64,000 nt of DNA from Candidatus Eiseniibacteriota bacterium (GTDB lineage: Bacteria > Eisenbacteria > RBG-16-71-46 > JABDJR01): NCBI GenBank assembly GCA_963762255.1, contig CAVXKA010000001.1, positions 992,001-1,056,000 on the forward strand. Direction: 5' to 3'. This document shows, piece after piece, positions 18,632-28,063 of the stretch (its first letter is position 1; each line of letters opens with the position of its first letter). Under the pieces are notes generated by a model. That model worked only from the letters and a program-made list of their open reading frames with translations, had not been told where the DNA came from and searched no databases. The position numbers and the translations under genes are program-made.

Positions 18632-20728
18632 ATGAGCGGCATCAGCGAACCCATTCCCGCAGCTTCGGGCCTTGCCCCGGCTCGGCGCCCGGACGCGGCG
18701 CGCGGGGCGGGGCGCGTCGTGCTGATCGGCAATCCCAACGTCGGCAAGAGCGTCATCTTCGGGCTTCTCACCGGTCGCTACGTCACCGTCTCCAACTATC
18801 CGGGCACCACCGTCACCGTGACTCGGGGCAAGACCCGGATTCACGGGGAGACTGCGGAGATCATCGATACCCCGGGCGTGAACAGCCTGGTGCCGATGTC
18901 GGAGGACGAGCGGGTTACGCGCGATATCCTTCTCGACGAGCCCGCCGAAGCCGTGGTGCAGGTCGCGGATGCCAAGAACCTCCGTCGCGCGCTCCTCATC
19001 TCGTCGCAGCTCGCGGAGATGGGAGTCCCTTTCGCGCTCGACCTCAACATGACCGACGAAGCGGGTGAGCTGGGGGTGGAGATCGATCGCGACCTGCTCT
19101 CCGCGATGCTCGGGGTAGAGGTCGTGCGCACGGTGGCGGTTCGGCGGAAGGGATTCGACGATCTTCGCCGCGCGCTTCGGCAGCAACGGCGCTCCTCCCT
19201 CGTGGTCGAGTATCCCGCGGCGATCGAGGAGGCGATCCTCCGGCTCGCGCCGCATCTCCCCGATACGCATCTTGCCCGGCGGGGACTTGCCGTCATGCTT
19301 CTCTCCGGGGACGATACGCTTCTGGATTGGCTCTACCGCACGGGCGGCGCGGCCTCCGTGACCGCCGCGGAGGCCATCCGCCGGGAAACGCAGACCCGAC
19401 TCCACGAGCCCTTGAGCGCCGTCATCACTCGGAGCCGGCTGGAGGCGGTGGACGGTGTGGTGCGGGCGGTGGAGATCAGGCCGCGCAGGCGGCGCGGCTC
19501 CCTGCTCGACCGCGCCGGATATCTGGCCATGCATCCGGTTTGGGGCGTCCCGGTGCTCCTCGCCGTGCTCTTCGTCATGTACCAGTTCGTCGGTGTGTTC
19601 GGCGCGGGAACCGCGGTCAACTTCCTGGAAAGCAAGCTCTTCGGCCAGGTCCTGAGCCCCTGGGCCATCCACGCCGCCGACTTCCTCCTCCGTTTTCCGC
19701 ACCAGCACCTCATGGAGGGCGGGGTGATTCTGCCCGACTACACCCTGACCGCGCAGGCGCTCACCGGAAGCGAGCGCGTGGCCGCTTTCTTTCACGACTT
19801 CTTCGTGGGGCCCTACGGTCAGGTCACGATGGCGCTCTCCTACGCCATCGCACTCATTCTTCCGATCGTAGCCACCTTCTTCATCGCCTTCGGGCTGCTC
19901 GAGGACTCCGGGTATCTCCCGCGGCTTGCGGTGATGGTGAATCGCCTGTTCCGCGCGATGGGGCTGAACGGCAAGGCGGTCCTTCCGATGGTTCTGGGCC
20001 TGGGGTGCGACACCATGGCCACCCTCACCACCCGCATCCTCGAGACCAAGAAGGAACGCATCCTGGTCACTCTACTGCTCGCCCTCGGAGTGCCCTGCTC
20101 GGCCCAGCTCGGAGTGATCCTCGGGATGATCCGGTCGCTCTCGCTCGGGGCCACGATGGTGTGGGCGGGGTCGGTGGCGGCCACCATGTTTCTGGTGGGC
20201 TGGATCGCCGCCCGGGTCGTGCCGGGGCAGACCTCCGACTTCATCCTCGAACTCCCGCCCATCCGGCGTCCTCAGCTTGGCAACATCGTCGTGAAGACCC
20301 TGGCGCGCATCGAATGGTACCTGCGCGAGGCCGTCCCCCTCTTCCTGCTGGGCACGCTGATCCTGTTCGCTGTGGACCGACTCCACCTCCTTGGCGTCAT
20401 CGAGCGGGCTGCGGCCCCGGTGGTGCAGGGGATCCTCGGCCTTCCCCCCCAGGCCGCCGAGGCCTTTCTCATCGGGTTCCTGCGCCGCGACTACGGAGCC
20501 GCCGGTCTCTACAATCTCTCCCGCGACGGACTTCTCGATCCGGTGCAGCTCATCGTATCGATGGTCACCATCACCCTCTTCGTCCCGTGTATCGCCAACT
20601 TCTTCATCATGATCAAGGAGCGCGGCGCGAAGACCGCGCTCATCATGGTGGCGTTCATCGTACCGATGGCTTTTCTTGTGGGGGGGACACTCAACTGGGG
20701 GCTCCGCGCCCTGGGGATCACGTTTTGA
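18632..20728 (+). CDS. feoB: Ferrous iron transporter FeoB
   Basis: GNPNVGKS, NYPGTTV, DTPG, LEDSGYLPR, GLGC, FILELP, LFVPCIA. Confidence 0.95.
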   Translation: MSGISEPIPAASGLAPARRPDAARGAGRVVLIGNPNVGKSVIFGLLTGRYVTVSNYPGTTVTVTRGKTRIHGETAEIIDTPGVNSLVPMSEDERVTRDILLDEPAEAVVQVADAKNLRRALLISSQLAEMGVPFALDLNMTDEAGELGVEIDRDLLSAMLGVEVVRTVAVRRKGFDDLRRALRQQRRSSLVVEYPAAIEEAILRLAPHLPDTHLARRGLAVMLLSGDDTLLDWLYRTGGAASVTAAEAIRRETQTRLHEPLSAVITRSRLEAVDGVVRAVEIRPRRRRGSLLDRAGYLAMHPVWGVPVLLAVLFVMYQFVGVFGAGTAVNFLESKLFGQVLSPWAIHAADFLLRFPHQHLMEGGVILPDYTLTAQALTGSERVAAFFHDFFVGPYGQVTMALSYAIALILPIVATFFIAFGLLEDSGYLPRLAVMVNRLFRAMGLNGKAVLPMVLGLGCDTMATLTTRILETKKERILVTLLLALGVPCSAQLGVILGMIRSLSLGATMVWAGSVAATMFLVGWIAARVVPGQTSDFILELPPIRRPQLGNIVVKTLARIEWYLREAVPLFLLGTLILFAVDRLHLLGVIERAAAPVVQGILGLPPQAAEAFLIGFLRRDYGAAGLYNLSRDGLLDPVQLIVSMVTITLFVPCIANFFIMIKERGAKTALIMVAFIVPMAFLVGGTLNWGLRALGITF

Positions 20729-20928
20729 TGCAACTCTCGTGTCCGATCTGTGGGGGTGAGCTCAAGGAGCAGGTCTCGGGGTGCGCCAAGTGCCCGATGC
20801 ACGGCGGCTGCGGGATGGTCTGTTGTGAGAATTGCGGATACGAGACGGTCGCCCCGAAATCCGTCACCGTGGACTTCCTGAAGCGCGTCTTCGGGCGCCG
20901 GCGAAAGGCGAACCATGCCGCATCTTGA
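20728..20928 (+). CDS. Small 8-Cys protein (66 aa), FeoB-associated
   Basis: ATG overlaps feoB stop (TGATG); MQLSCPICGG...GCAKCPMHGGCGMVCCENCGYE. Confidence 0.75.
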   Translation: MQLSCPICGGELKEQVSGCAKCPMHGGCGMVCCENCGYETVAPKSVTVDFLKRVFGRRRKANHAAS

Positions 20929-21580
20929 GTTCTTGAAGCAACCCACCGACGAGCTGCTGGAGGAGATCTGGAGCCGTGGAGAGGAAGGAGACCGCACCGT
21001 GGCTGCGCTCCTGAAGGGGAGCGCCGAAGCGGAAGCGCATGCGATCCTGGACCGCCTCGTGGGTGAAGGGCTCGTGCGGGTCGAGGGTGGCCGTTTGGCC
21101 CTCAGCCCGGCGGGTGAAGCGAGGGCTCAGGCGGTCGTGCGCAGCCATCGGCTGACGGAGCGCCTCCTCGTGGACGTACTCGGAGTCTCGAGGCAGGAGT
21201 CGGACCGCACTGCCTGTCTCATGGAGCACATTCTGAGCCCGGCGGTGACCGACGCCGTGTGCGCATTCCTCGGCCATCCCCCGACCTGTCCGCACGGGAA
21301 GCCGATTCCTCCCAGTGCCTGCTGCACGCAGCGCAAGAACGGCGTGAAAGCGGTTGTCGTGCCGCTCATGGATCTCGAGCCCGGAGCGAGCGGCCGCATT
21401 GTGTTCATGACCCCGGGCGTGCAGAAGCGTCTCGACCGCCTCGCAAGTTTCGGGGTCTTGCCCGGCACCGTGCTTGAGCTGAAACAGAAGCGTCCCGCTG
21501 TCGTGGTGGTGGTCGGGGGAACGACGCTCGCTCTCGAAGGAGACGTGGCGGGGGAAATCTACGTCCGCCGAGAGGACTGA
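20915..21580 (+). CDS. DtxR/IdeR-family metal-dependent regulator with C-terminal FeoA domain
   Basis: RSHRLTERLL, ACLMEH, LGHPPTCPHGKPIP; FeoA-like RLASFGVLPG. Confidence 0.88.
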   Translation: MPHLEFLKQPTDELLEEIWSRGEEGDRTVAALLKGSAEAEAHAILDRLVGEGLVRVEGGRLALSPAGEARAQAVVRSHRLTERLLVDVLGVSRQESDRTACLMEHILSPAVTDAVCAFLGHPPTCPHGKPIPPSACCTQRKNGVKAVVVPLMDLEPGASGRIVFMTPGVQKRLDRLASFGVLPGTVLELKQKRPAVVVVVGGTTLALEGDVAGEIYVRRED

Positions 21581-21702
21581 CGCCGGCTTTCCTACCTGGC
21601 CGTCACCCTTACGGACGGAGTACTCGGTGAGCGATGCTCAGGCGCCCGGGATCACGAGGTCCCCTAATCGTGGGGAAATTTCCGCGAAACATGGGTGAGA
21701 AC

Positions 21703-21846
21703 CGCCAAGTCTGGCGACGGGGCGCGTCGAACAATTTTACAGTTCCGTGCATTTTGCGGGACTCGCCGAATGGCGTAATGTGTTATAATCATTGCGGTTG
21801 AATACTCGGGCAGAGCCCTTGCGATGCAGACGGCCCGGGACTTGCA
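21703..21846 (+). promoter_or_regulatory. Sigma-54 promoter with upstream activator sites for the PEP-CTERM gene
   Basis: CGGCCCGGGACTTGCA (GG-N10-GC at 21832/21844); second GG-N10-GC at 21809; CGT-N11-ACA (21725-21741); AT-rich 25-mer 21776-21800. Confidence 0.65.
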
Positions 21847-21905
21847 ATTCAAGGGGGTGGATTTCGCTCATGCCACTGAAGGCCCTCCTTGGAAGGGAAC
21901 GCATC

Positions 21906-22565
21906 ATGATCAAGCTTCGCGTCATCGCTCCAGTTCTCGTTATGGGAGCGCTCCTCACCGGAGTCGCCTCGGCGAGCCTCATTCCGTCCCCGATCGCGAT
22001 CGACTTTCGAGGGGCCGCGTGGGCTCCGGCCGACGGGCTTCACTCGTACACGGTCAACGGCGTGACCGCGACCGCGCTCCCCGCCCAGCCCACGGCCCGC
22101 CTGCTCTATCAGGACGGAATCGACGGACTCGGCATTCTCGGCGGCGAGATGGACGAGATCGATCTCATGGAGATCCTCCGCGTCGACATCGTGGGAGGGA
22201 AGCTCCTCACCGGGGCGTGGATCACCGATCTCTTCGGGACTCCCGACGGAGGATGCGGGGAATTCGGGCGTCTCTGGGTCAACAACGCGCTCATGTTTGC
22301 CTTCGACGGGAACTTCTCCGACCAGGCGAACGGCGAGTTCTTCATCTCCTTCGGGGGCGAGATCGACGTGACGACGGCGATATTCTTCGTGGACAACATG
22401 CGGCCGGGATGTGACCCCACCAACAACGACTTCTCGGTAGCCGGATTCACCGCCCGTCCAGCGGACACGCCGGACACGCCCACCGTGCCCGAGCCCACGA
22501 CCCTGCTTCTCCTGGGGGGTGGTCTTCTCGGCGCCGGAGTGTTCAAGCGCCGTCGTCGGGTCTAG
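21906..22565 (+). CDS. PEP-CTERM sorting domain surface protein
   Basis: Signal peptide; C-terminus VPEPTTLLLLGGGLLGAGVFKRRRRV. Confidence 0.9.
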   Translation: MIKLRVIAPVLVMGALLTGVASASLIPSPIAIDFRGAAWAPADGLHSYTVNGVTATALPAQPTARLLYQDGIDGLGILGGEMDEIDLMEILRVDIVGGKLLTGAWITDLFGTPDGGCGEFGRLWVNNALMFAFDGNFSDQANGEFFISFGGEIDVTTAIFFVDNMRPGCDPTNNDFSVAGFTARPADTPDTPTVPEPTTLLLLGGGLLGAGVFKRRRRV

Positions 22566-22597
22566 AGGGTCCAGGCTTCCCCGTCTCGCGCCCGCGC

Positions 22598-23650
22598 CTA
22601 GAGAGAAGGTTTGGGCTCCGAGCGCTGCCGCAGCGGTTGCCCCATCTCGTCCAACGAGGATGGGGCTTCCGCATATCCCTCGGGATGGCGGCGCATGAAG
22701 TCGTAGGCCGACCGGATGATGTCGTCCAAGTCCCGCTTGGGCGACCAGCCGAGTACCGCGCGGGCCTTCGCGTTCGAGGCCACCAGCACCGCCGGATCTC
22801 CCGGCCGGCGCGGGCACAGACGGTGCGGTACCTTGAGCCCGGTCACGCGCTCCACCGCCTGGATCACCTCCAGCACCGATGTGCCGGTCTCGGTGCCCAA
22901 GTTGAGCGCGACGCTCTCGCCTTCCTGCTCGAGGTAATTCAGGCCGCGCAGGTGCGCCTCCGTGAGATCCTGAACATGGATGTAATCCCGAATGCAGGAA
23001 CCGTCGCGGGTCGGGTAGTCGGTCCCGTAGACGTCGAGCGCGGTGTCCTCGAGAATCGCCGCCTTGAGCGCGAGCGGGATCAGGTGGGTCTCCGGGCGAT
23101 GGTCTTCGCCGAGTCCCGCCGAGGCCTCGGCGCCCGCCGCGTTGAAGTAGCGGAATGCGACGAAGCGGATGCCGTAGGCATGAGCGGCATCCGCGAGCAC
23201 CCGCTCGCACATTGCCTTGGACCAACCGTAGGGGTTGATGGGTCCCACCGGATGGGCCTCACTGATGGGCACCTCGCGGGGCTCTCCGTACATGGCGGCG
23301 GTGGAGGAGAGAATGAAGCGGGGGACCCCGACCTCGATCGCGGCGTTGAGCAGGCTGATCGTACCCGCCACGTTGTTGTGGTAGTACTTGAGCGGGTTCT
23401 CGACCGACTCTTTCACCGAGCAGAAAGCGGCGAAGTGCATGATCGCGTGGGGGCGATGGCGACGCATGAGCGATCGAACCGCGCCCCGGTCGGCGACGTC
23501 GACCTCGATCAGCTCGGTGTCCTGCACCGCGGCGCGATGACCCTCACTCAGGTTGTCGAGAATGACCACGCGATAGCCGGCGCGCAGCAGCGCCAGCACC
23601 ATATGGCTCCCGATGTAGCCGGCGCCGCCGGTGACGAGGACAGAGTTCAT
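22598..23650 (-). CDS. galE: UDP-glucose 4-epimerase
   Basis: VTGGAGYIGSH, HFAA..SV.ESV..PLKYY.NN, YGWSK, RYFNAAGA, RDYIHV. Confidence 0.93.
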   Translation of the reverse strand: MNSVLVTGGAGYIGSHMVLALLRAGYRVVILDNLSEGHRAAVQDTELIEVDVADRGAVRSLMRRHRPHAIMHFAAFCSVKESVENPLKYYHNNVAGTISLLNAAIEVGVPRFILSSTAAMYGEPREVPISEAHPVGPINPYGWSKAMCERVLADAAHAYGIRFVAFRYFNAAGAEASAGLGEDHRPETHLIPLALKAAILEDTALDVYGTDYPTRDGSCIRDYIHVQDLTEAHLRGLNYLEQEGESVALNLGTETGTSVLEVIQAVERVTGLKVPHRLCPRRPGDPAVLVASNAKARAVLGWSPKRDLDDIIRSAYDFMRRHPEGYAEAPSSLDEMGQPLRQRSEPKPSL

Positions 23651-23777
23651 GGTTTGACCCTTGCGAAGTCGGTGGCCGACACAAAGGACCCGCACATGAG
23701 CGACTGCGGGTTCCGCGCGGCGCGTATTATCTTACCGGGTTTTCGACCGGATTTCCCGTTCTGTTAGGAGGAAGCTG

Positions 23778-24221
23778 GTGCCCGAGCCCTACTACGTCAA
23801 AGCACAGGGATTGCGCTTCGAGTGCACTCGCTGCGGCCTCTGTTGCACACGCCCCGGGCCCGTGTTCTTTCCCCCCGAGGATCTGGCGCGCGCGGCCCGA
23901 TTCCTGGCGCTCACACCGGGTGAATTCAAGACGAAGTACCGGGTTCATCGTCTGGATGGTGTGCTTGCCGTCGAGCCCGGCGATCGTGACGCCTGCCCGT
24001 TCCACGAGGATGGGCGCGGTTGCTCGATCTACGACGCGCGCCCCACCCAGTGCCGGACGTTTCCCTTCTGGCCGGAGGTCGCGCATCGCCGCCGCTCCTG
24101 GGAGAACGCGGGCCGGGCCTGCGAAGGAATCGGGAAGGGGCCCCGCCACCAACCCGCCGCCATCGAGCGCGCCATCGTGGCCTGCCGGGAAGCCGGGCTC
24201 CCTGAGAGCGAACCGTGGTGA
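23778..24221 (+). CDS. YkgJ family cysteine-cluster protein
   Basis: CTRCGLCC, CPF, CSIYDARPTQCRTFPFW. Confidence 0.88.
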   Translation: MPEPYYVKAQGLRFECTRCGLCCTRPGPVFFPPEDLARAARFLALTPGEFKTKYRVHRLDGVLAVEPGDRDACPFHEDGRGCSIYDARPTQCRTFPFWPEVAHRRRSWENAGRACEGIGKGPRHQPAAIERAIVACREAGLPESEPW

Positions 24222-26281
24222 ATCGTCCCCGTCCTCAACCGCCCCGTCCGCGGGCGTCCGGTCCCCCCACGGGCCCGCGTGAGCACGGCGCCTTCGCCGA
24301 AGTCGCGGTGCCGGTTCCGCTCCGGCACGCGTTCACCTATCGCGTTCCCGATGCGCTGAGGGATCGAGTCCACGAGGGGGCTCAAGTGATCGTGCCGTTC
24401 GGGAGGCGGCGCCTGACCGGATTCGTGGTGGGTCTCCTGAACTCGACAACGGTTGCCTCGGTCAAGGACATCGCCGGCGTCGAGGACCCGGATCTATCCA
24501 TCCCGGCCGACGTGCTTGCGCTCTGCCGCTGGGTCGCCGACTACTACCTGGCTCCCTTGGGGGAGGTTCTGCGTACGGCTCTTCCGTCGGGGCTCGGCAA
24601 GAAATCGCCCGGGGAGGTTCCGCGCGCCGAGGGAAGCGCGCCCGATGTGCGGCTCTTCGAGGAGCAGAGGGCGGCGCTGGCCGCGGTGTGCGAGGCCCTC
24701 CGCAGCAAGAAGACCGGCGCGTTCCTGCTGCACGGTGTGACCGGGAGCGGGAAGACGGAGGTCTATCTCCGCGCCGCGGCGGAGGCGGTTCGCGCCGGAG
24801 GCAAGGTGCTGATCCTCATCCCCGAGATCGCGCTCTCGCCGCAGATGGTGCGTCGGGTGGAGGCTCGGTTCGGGAACCGCGTGGCTCTCTGGCACAGCGC
24901 GCTGACCCCGGCCCGGCGCCGCGAGGTGTGGACCCGCACGCGGCGGGGCGAAATCGACGTCCTGGTGGGAGCGCGATCGGCCATCTTCGCGCCCATCCCC
25001 GATCTGCGGCTCATCGTCGTGGATGAAGAGCACGAGAGCGCCTACAAGCAGACCGAGAGCCCCCGCTATCATGCACGGGACGTGGCTCTGGTCCGCGCGC
25101 GCGAGACAGGAGCGGTCGTAGTCCTCGGTTCCGCCACCCCCAGCCTGGAGAGCTTCGCGAACGCGGAGAGGGGGAAGTACCGGTTGCTCACCCTGCCCCA
25201 TCGGGTGGGGAGGCGCCCGCGGGCTTCGGTGGATCTCGCGCCGTTGCCGCGGCACGCGCCCGGGGAGCCGAAACCGGTCTCGACCATCCTCGGCGATCCG
25301 CTTCGCGACGCGCTCGTGCAGACCCTCTCTCGCGGCGAGCAGTGCATTCTCTTCCTGAACCGTCGCGGGCATTCCACGGTGGTGCAGTGCGAGGAGTGCC
25401 GAAGCATCCTCAACTGCGCCCATTGCGACATCGTGCTCACCTGGCACGCGGACACCGACCGCGTCGTGTGCCACTACTGCGGCACCCGTCTCCCGCGCCC
25501 GCAAGCGTGCCCCGAATGCGGCGGAGCGATGACGATCTTCAAAGGGGTGGGCACGCAGCGGGTGGAGCGCGAACTCGCGCGTCTCTACACCGGAATCCGG
25601 CTCCTGCGCCTGGACACGGATTCCACGCGGAAGCGCGGCGCGCTCGATGCCGCGCTCGAGACATTTCGCGTGGGCGCCGCCGATGTGCTGCTCGGCACCC
25701 AGATGGTAGCCAAGGGACTCGATTTCCCGAACGTCACTCTGGTGGGAGTGATCAACGCGGACCTGCAGCTTGCGCTTCCCGACTTCCGAAGTGCCGAGCG
25801 CACCTTTCAGCTTCTGACCCAAGTGGCGGGGCGCAGCGGGCGGGGTGTGCGCCCGGGACGAGTGCTCTTCCAGACGCTCCACCCGGAGCACTACGCACTG
25901 GTCGCCGCGGCCGCGCAGGACTACGAGGCGTTCTACCGGGCGGAGATGGTGGAGCGCACCGATCCGCCGTATCCGCCCCATCGCCGTCTTGTGAACCTCC
26001 TTTTCGATGGGAAGAGCCTCGACAAGGTCTCCGCGGAGGCGGAGGCAACGGCGCGGTTCCTTGGCGACGCCGTCGCGAGCGAGAAACTCGCGGTCGATCT
26101 CTTGGGGCCGGCCCCCCAGCCCTTCTCGCGGCTCAAGGGGAAGCACCGCTGGCACATCACGCTGCGCGGCGTCGACCATCGCGTCTTGCGCGATCTCGCC
26201 GCCCGGGCGCTGGACCGCCACGAGGCGGCGCCAGGCGCCGTCCGGGTCGTGGTCGACGTGGATCCGGTGTCTCTGCTCTGA
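24218..26281 (+). CDS. priA: Primosomal protein N' helicase
   Basis: GVTGSGKTEVY, PEIALSPQ, DEEHE, SATPSLES, four CxxC, GTQMVAKGLDFP, QVAGRSGR; exact start uncertain. Confidence 0.95.
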   Translation: MNRPRPQPPRPRASGPPTGPREHGAFAEVAVPVPLRHAFTYRVPDALRDRVHEGAQVIVPFGRRRLTGFVVGLLNSTTVASVKDIAGVEDPDLSIPADVLALCRWVADYYLAPLGEVLRTALPSGLGKKSPGEVPRAEGSAPDVRLFEEQRAALAAVCEALRSKKTGAFLLHGVTGSGKTEVYLRAAAEAVRAGGKVLILIPEIALSPQMVRRVEARFGNRVALWHSALTPARRREVWTRTRRGEIDVLVGARSAIFAPIPDLRLIVVDEEHESAYKQTESPRYHARDVALVRARETGAVVVLGSATPSLESFANAERGKYRLLTLPHRVGRRPRASVDLAPLPRHAPGEPKPVSTILGDPLRDALVQTLSRGEQCILFLNRRGHSTVVQCEECRSILNCAHCDIVLTWHADTDRVVCHYCGTRLPRPQACPECGGAMTIFKGVGTQRVERELARLYTGIRLLRLDTDSTRKRGALDAALETFRVGAADVLLGTQMVAKGLDFPNVTLVGVINADLQLALPDFRSAERTFQLLTQVAGRSGRGVRPGRVLFQTLHPEHYALVAAAAQDYEAFYRAEMVERTDPPYPPHRRLVNLLFDGKSLDKVSAEAEATARFLGDAVASEKLAVDLLGPAPQPFSRLKGKHRWHITLRGVDHRVLRDLAARALDRHEAAPGAVRVVVDVDPVSLL

Positions 26282-26611
26282 CCGCTCGACGCTGGGCCAT
26301 TTGTGGGGCAGTCGGGGCATTTCTCCTAAGGTATGGAAATTGCAGTCCATCGAGCGCGCGGGGAGCGTCCTTTTGGGCCGGCTCGGCACGCGGTCACGGA
26401 CTCGCTGAAGATCTGAAGGGTTCTTGCGGGATCCCGCCGCCACGAGGCGCTGAGCCGGCCCTCTTTTCTCTCCGCCCGCCGCCGGCGCGCCCGGAAGCAA
26501 GCGCTTCCCGAGCCTCACCCCTGGATGCCTTTCAGCCGCCCCTGCGTGCAACTTGCGGCACGGCCCCTTTCCTTGACACCCCCGCGTCAGGGGCGGGAAG
26601 ATTCGCGAATC

Positions 26612-27784
26612 ATGTCGCCCCGCTCTCTTCTCGGCCTGCTTGCGCTTGCCGTCGCAGGATGCGCGAACCCTTCGGTGCGCGGAGGGGATGCGCATTCGGT
26701 GGATGGGCGCCGTGAGGACGCCGAGGCGGCCTATCGTCAGGCTATCGCCCGCAACCCCGGCGATGCGGATGCGCACTTCGACCTGGCGGAATTCCTGGCC
26801 GGGGACGCGCGGGCCGCCGAAGCGATCGAGCACTACGAGAAGGCCCAGGCGCTGGAGGCGCGCTTCAAGCCGAAGGTCGCGGAGCAGCGACGGCGGCATC
26901 TCAAGGTCTACAACGAAGACGCCGCGCGCTTGATCGTAGAGAAGCGTTTCTCCGAGGCCGACCGCGTTCTAGACGCCGCGCAGGCGATGGTCCCCGGAGA
27001 TGGGACCACGCTGTTCCTGCGCGGCAGGTCGCGCGAGGCACAGAACGATCCGGCCGGCGCAGTCGAGGCGTACCGGCTCGCGGTGTTGAAGGAACCAGGC
27101 AGTCGAGAGCGCAAGATGGCGCTGGCCGGTGCGCTGACCGCACTCGGCGAGGCGCGTTTCGACGGAGGTGAGTTCTCGGAAGCCTGGAGTCTCTTGCAGG
27201 AAGCCCGACGCGCCGATCCGGGCGCAGACCTGAGTTACGTCGAAGGGACGGTGGCCTACGCGCTCGCCAAGACCGCGCCGGAGGGAGAGCGCGAGAAGTA
27301 CCTGGCCGCGGCCGCGGAGGCCTTCAGCGACTATCGGCGCCGCCACCCGGACGACACGGACGCGCAGTTCAACCTCGGCGCGGTTCTTCTCGCCGCCGAG
27401 CGATACCAGGAGGCGATCGCGGTCTACCTGGACCTTCTTGCCCATGACCCCGAAGACGGCGATCTCTACATGGTGCTCTCGCGGGCCCACAGCTTTGCCG
27501 GCGAGCCCGGGCTCGCCGCCGTCGAGGAGGCGGTCGGGCATGCCTTGCGCGGCGGGGATCCGGTGCAAGATCCGCCAGGCTGGGCCAGCCGCGCCGCCGT
27601 CCGGTTTCCAGGAAGCGACATCGCCTCCGCCTACGCCCGGCTGTCGGCGCCGGAGGCGATCTATACCTATTCCCCGCCGGGCGGCGCATTGGTGGAGGTC
27701 TGGTTCTATTGGAATCGGGGGCTACTCTACGCATTCCGTGAAGGGGGAGAGGTGGGGGCGCCGCTCACCCTGCCGCGTCGTTGA
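26612..27784 (+). CDS. TPR-repeat lipoprotein
   Basis: LLALAVAGC lipobox; repeated A...A....P TPR pattern. Confidence 0.8.
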   Translation: MSPRSLLGLLALAVAGCANPSVRGGDAHSVDGRREDAEAAYRQAIARNPGDADAHFDLAEFLAGDARAAEAIEHYEKAQALEARFKPKVAEQRRRHLKVYNEDAARLIVEKRFSEADRVLDAAQAMVPGDGTTLFLRGRSREAQNDPAGAVEAYRLAVLKEPGSRERKMALAGALTALGEARFDGGEFSEAWSLLQEARRADPGADLSYVEGTVAYALAKTAPEGEREKYLAAAAEAFSDYRRRHPDDTDAQFNLGAVLLAAERYQEAIAVYLDLLAHDPEDGDLYMVLSRAHSFAGEPGLAAVEEAVGHALRGGDPVQDPPGWASRAAVRFPGSDIASAYARLSAPEAIYTYSPPGGALVEVWFYWNRGLLYAFREGGEVGAPLTLPRR

Positions 27785-27809
27785 GCGGCGTGGCCGGAGC
27801 CTCGCGCCG

Positions 27810-27839
27810 TTGACAAGGGTCGGGGCGGCGCTCTAGACT
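27810..27839 (+). promoter_or_regulatory. Sigma-70 promoter of rho
   Basis: TTGACA-18-TAGACT followed by a ~220-nt leader. Confidence 0.6.
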
Positions 27840-28063
27840 CGACTCCGCGCGGGCACCACGCCCGACCACGGTACCCCTTCTGCCCGCCCGTTCTCCGGTT
27901 TCGGATCGCCCGAGGACGGTTTTCCATCCAGGTCCGGTTCCCGGTCTCCGATTCGAGCCCATTCGGTTCCAGAGGACTTCGCCCCGCAAATCAGAACCCC
28001 ACGCCGACGACCAAGTCGGCGCTCGGACCTGCCCGGCCCCTTCGGGGCAAGGAGATAGCTCCC

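Noticed and set aside
26282-26611. 330-bp gap between priA and the TPR gene as a possible RNA gene
   Set aside because: Only a probable promoter and short GC stems; no terminator or recognisable RNA motif.
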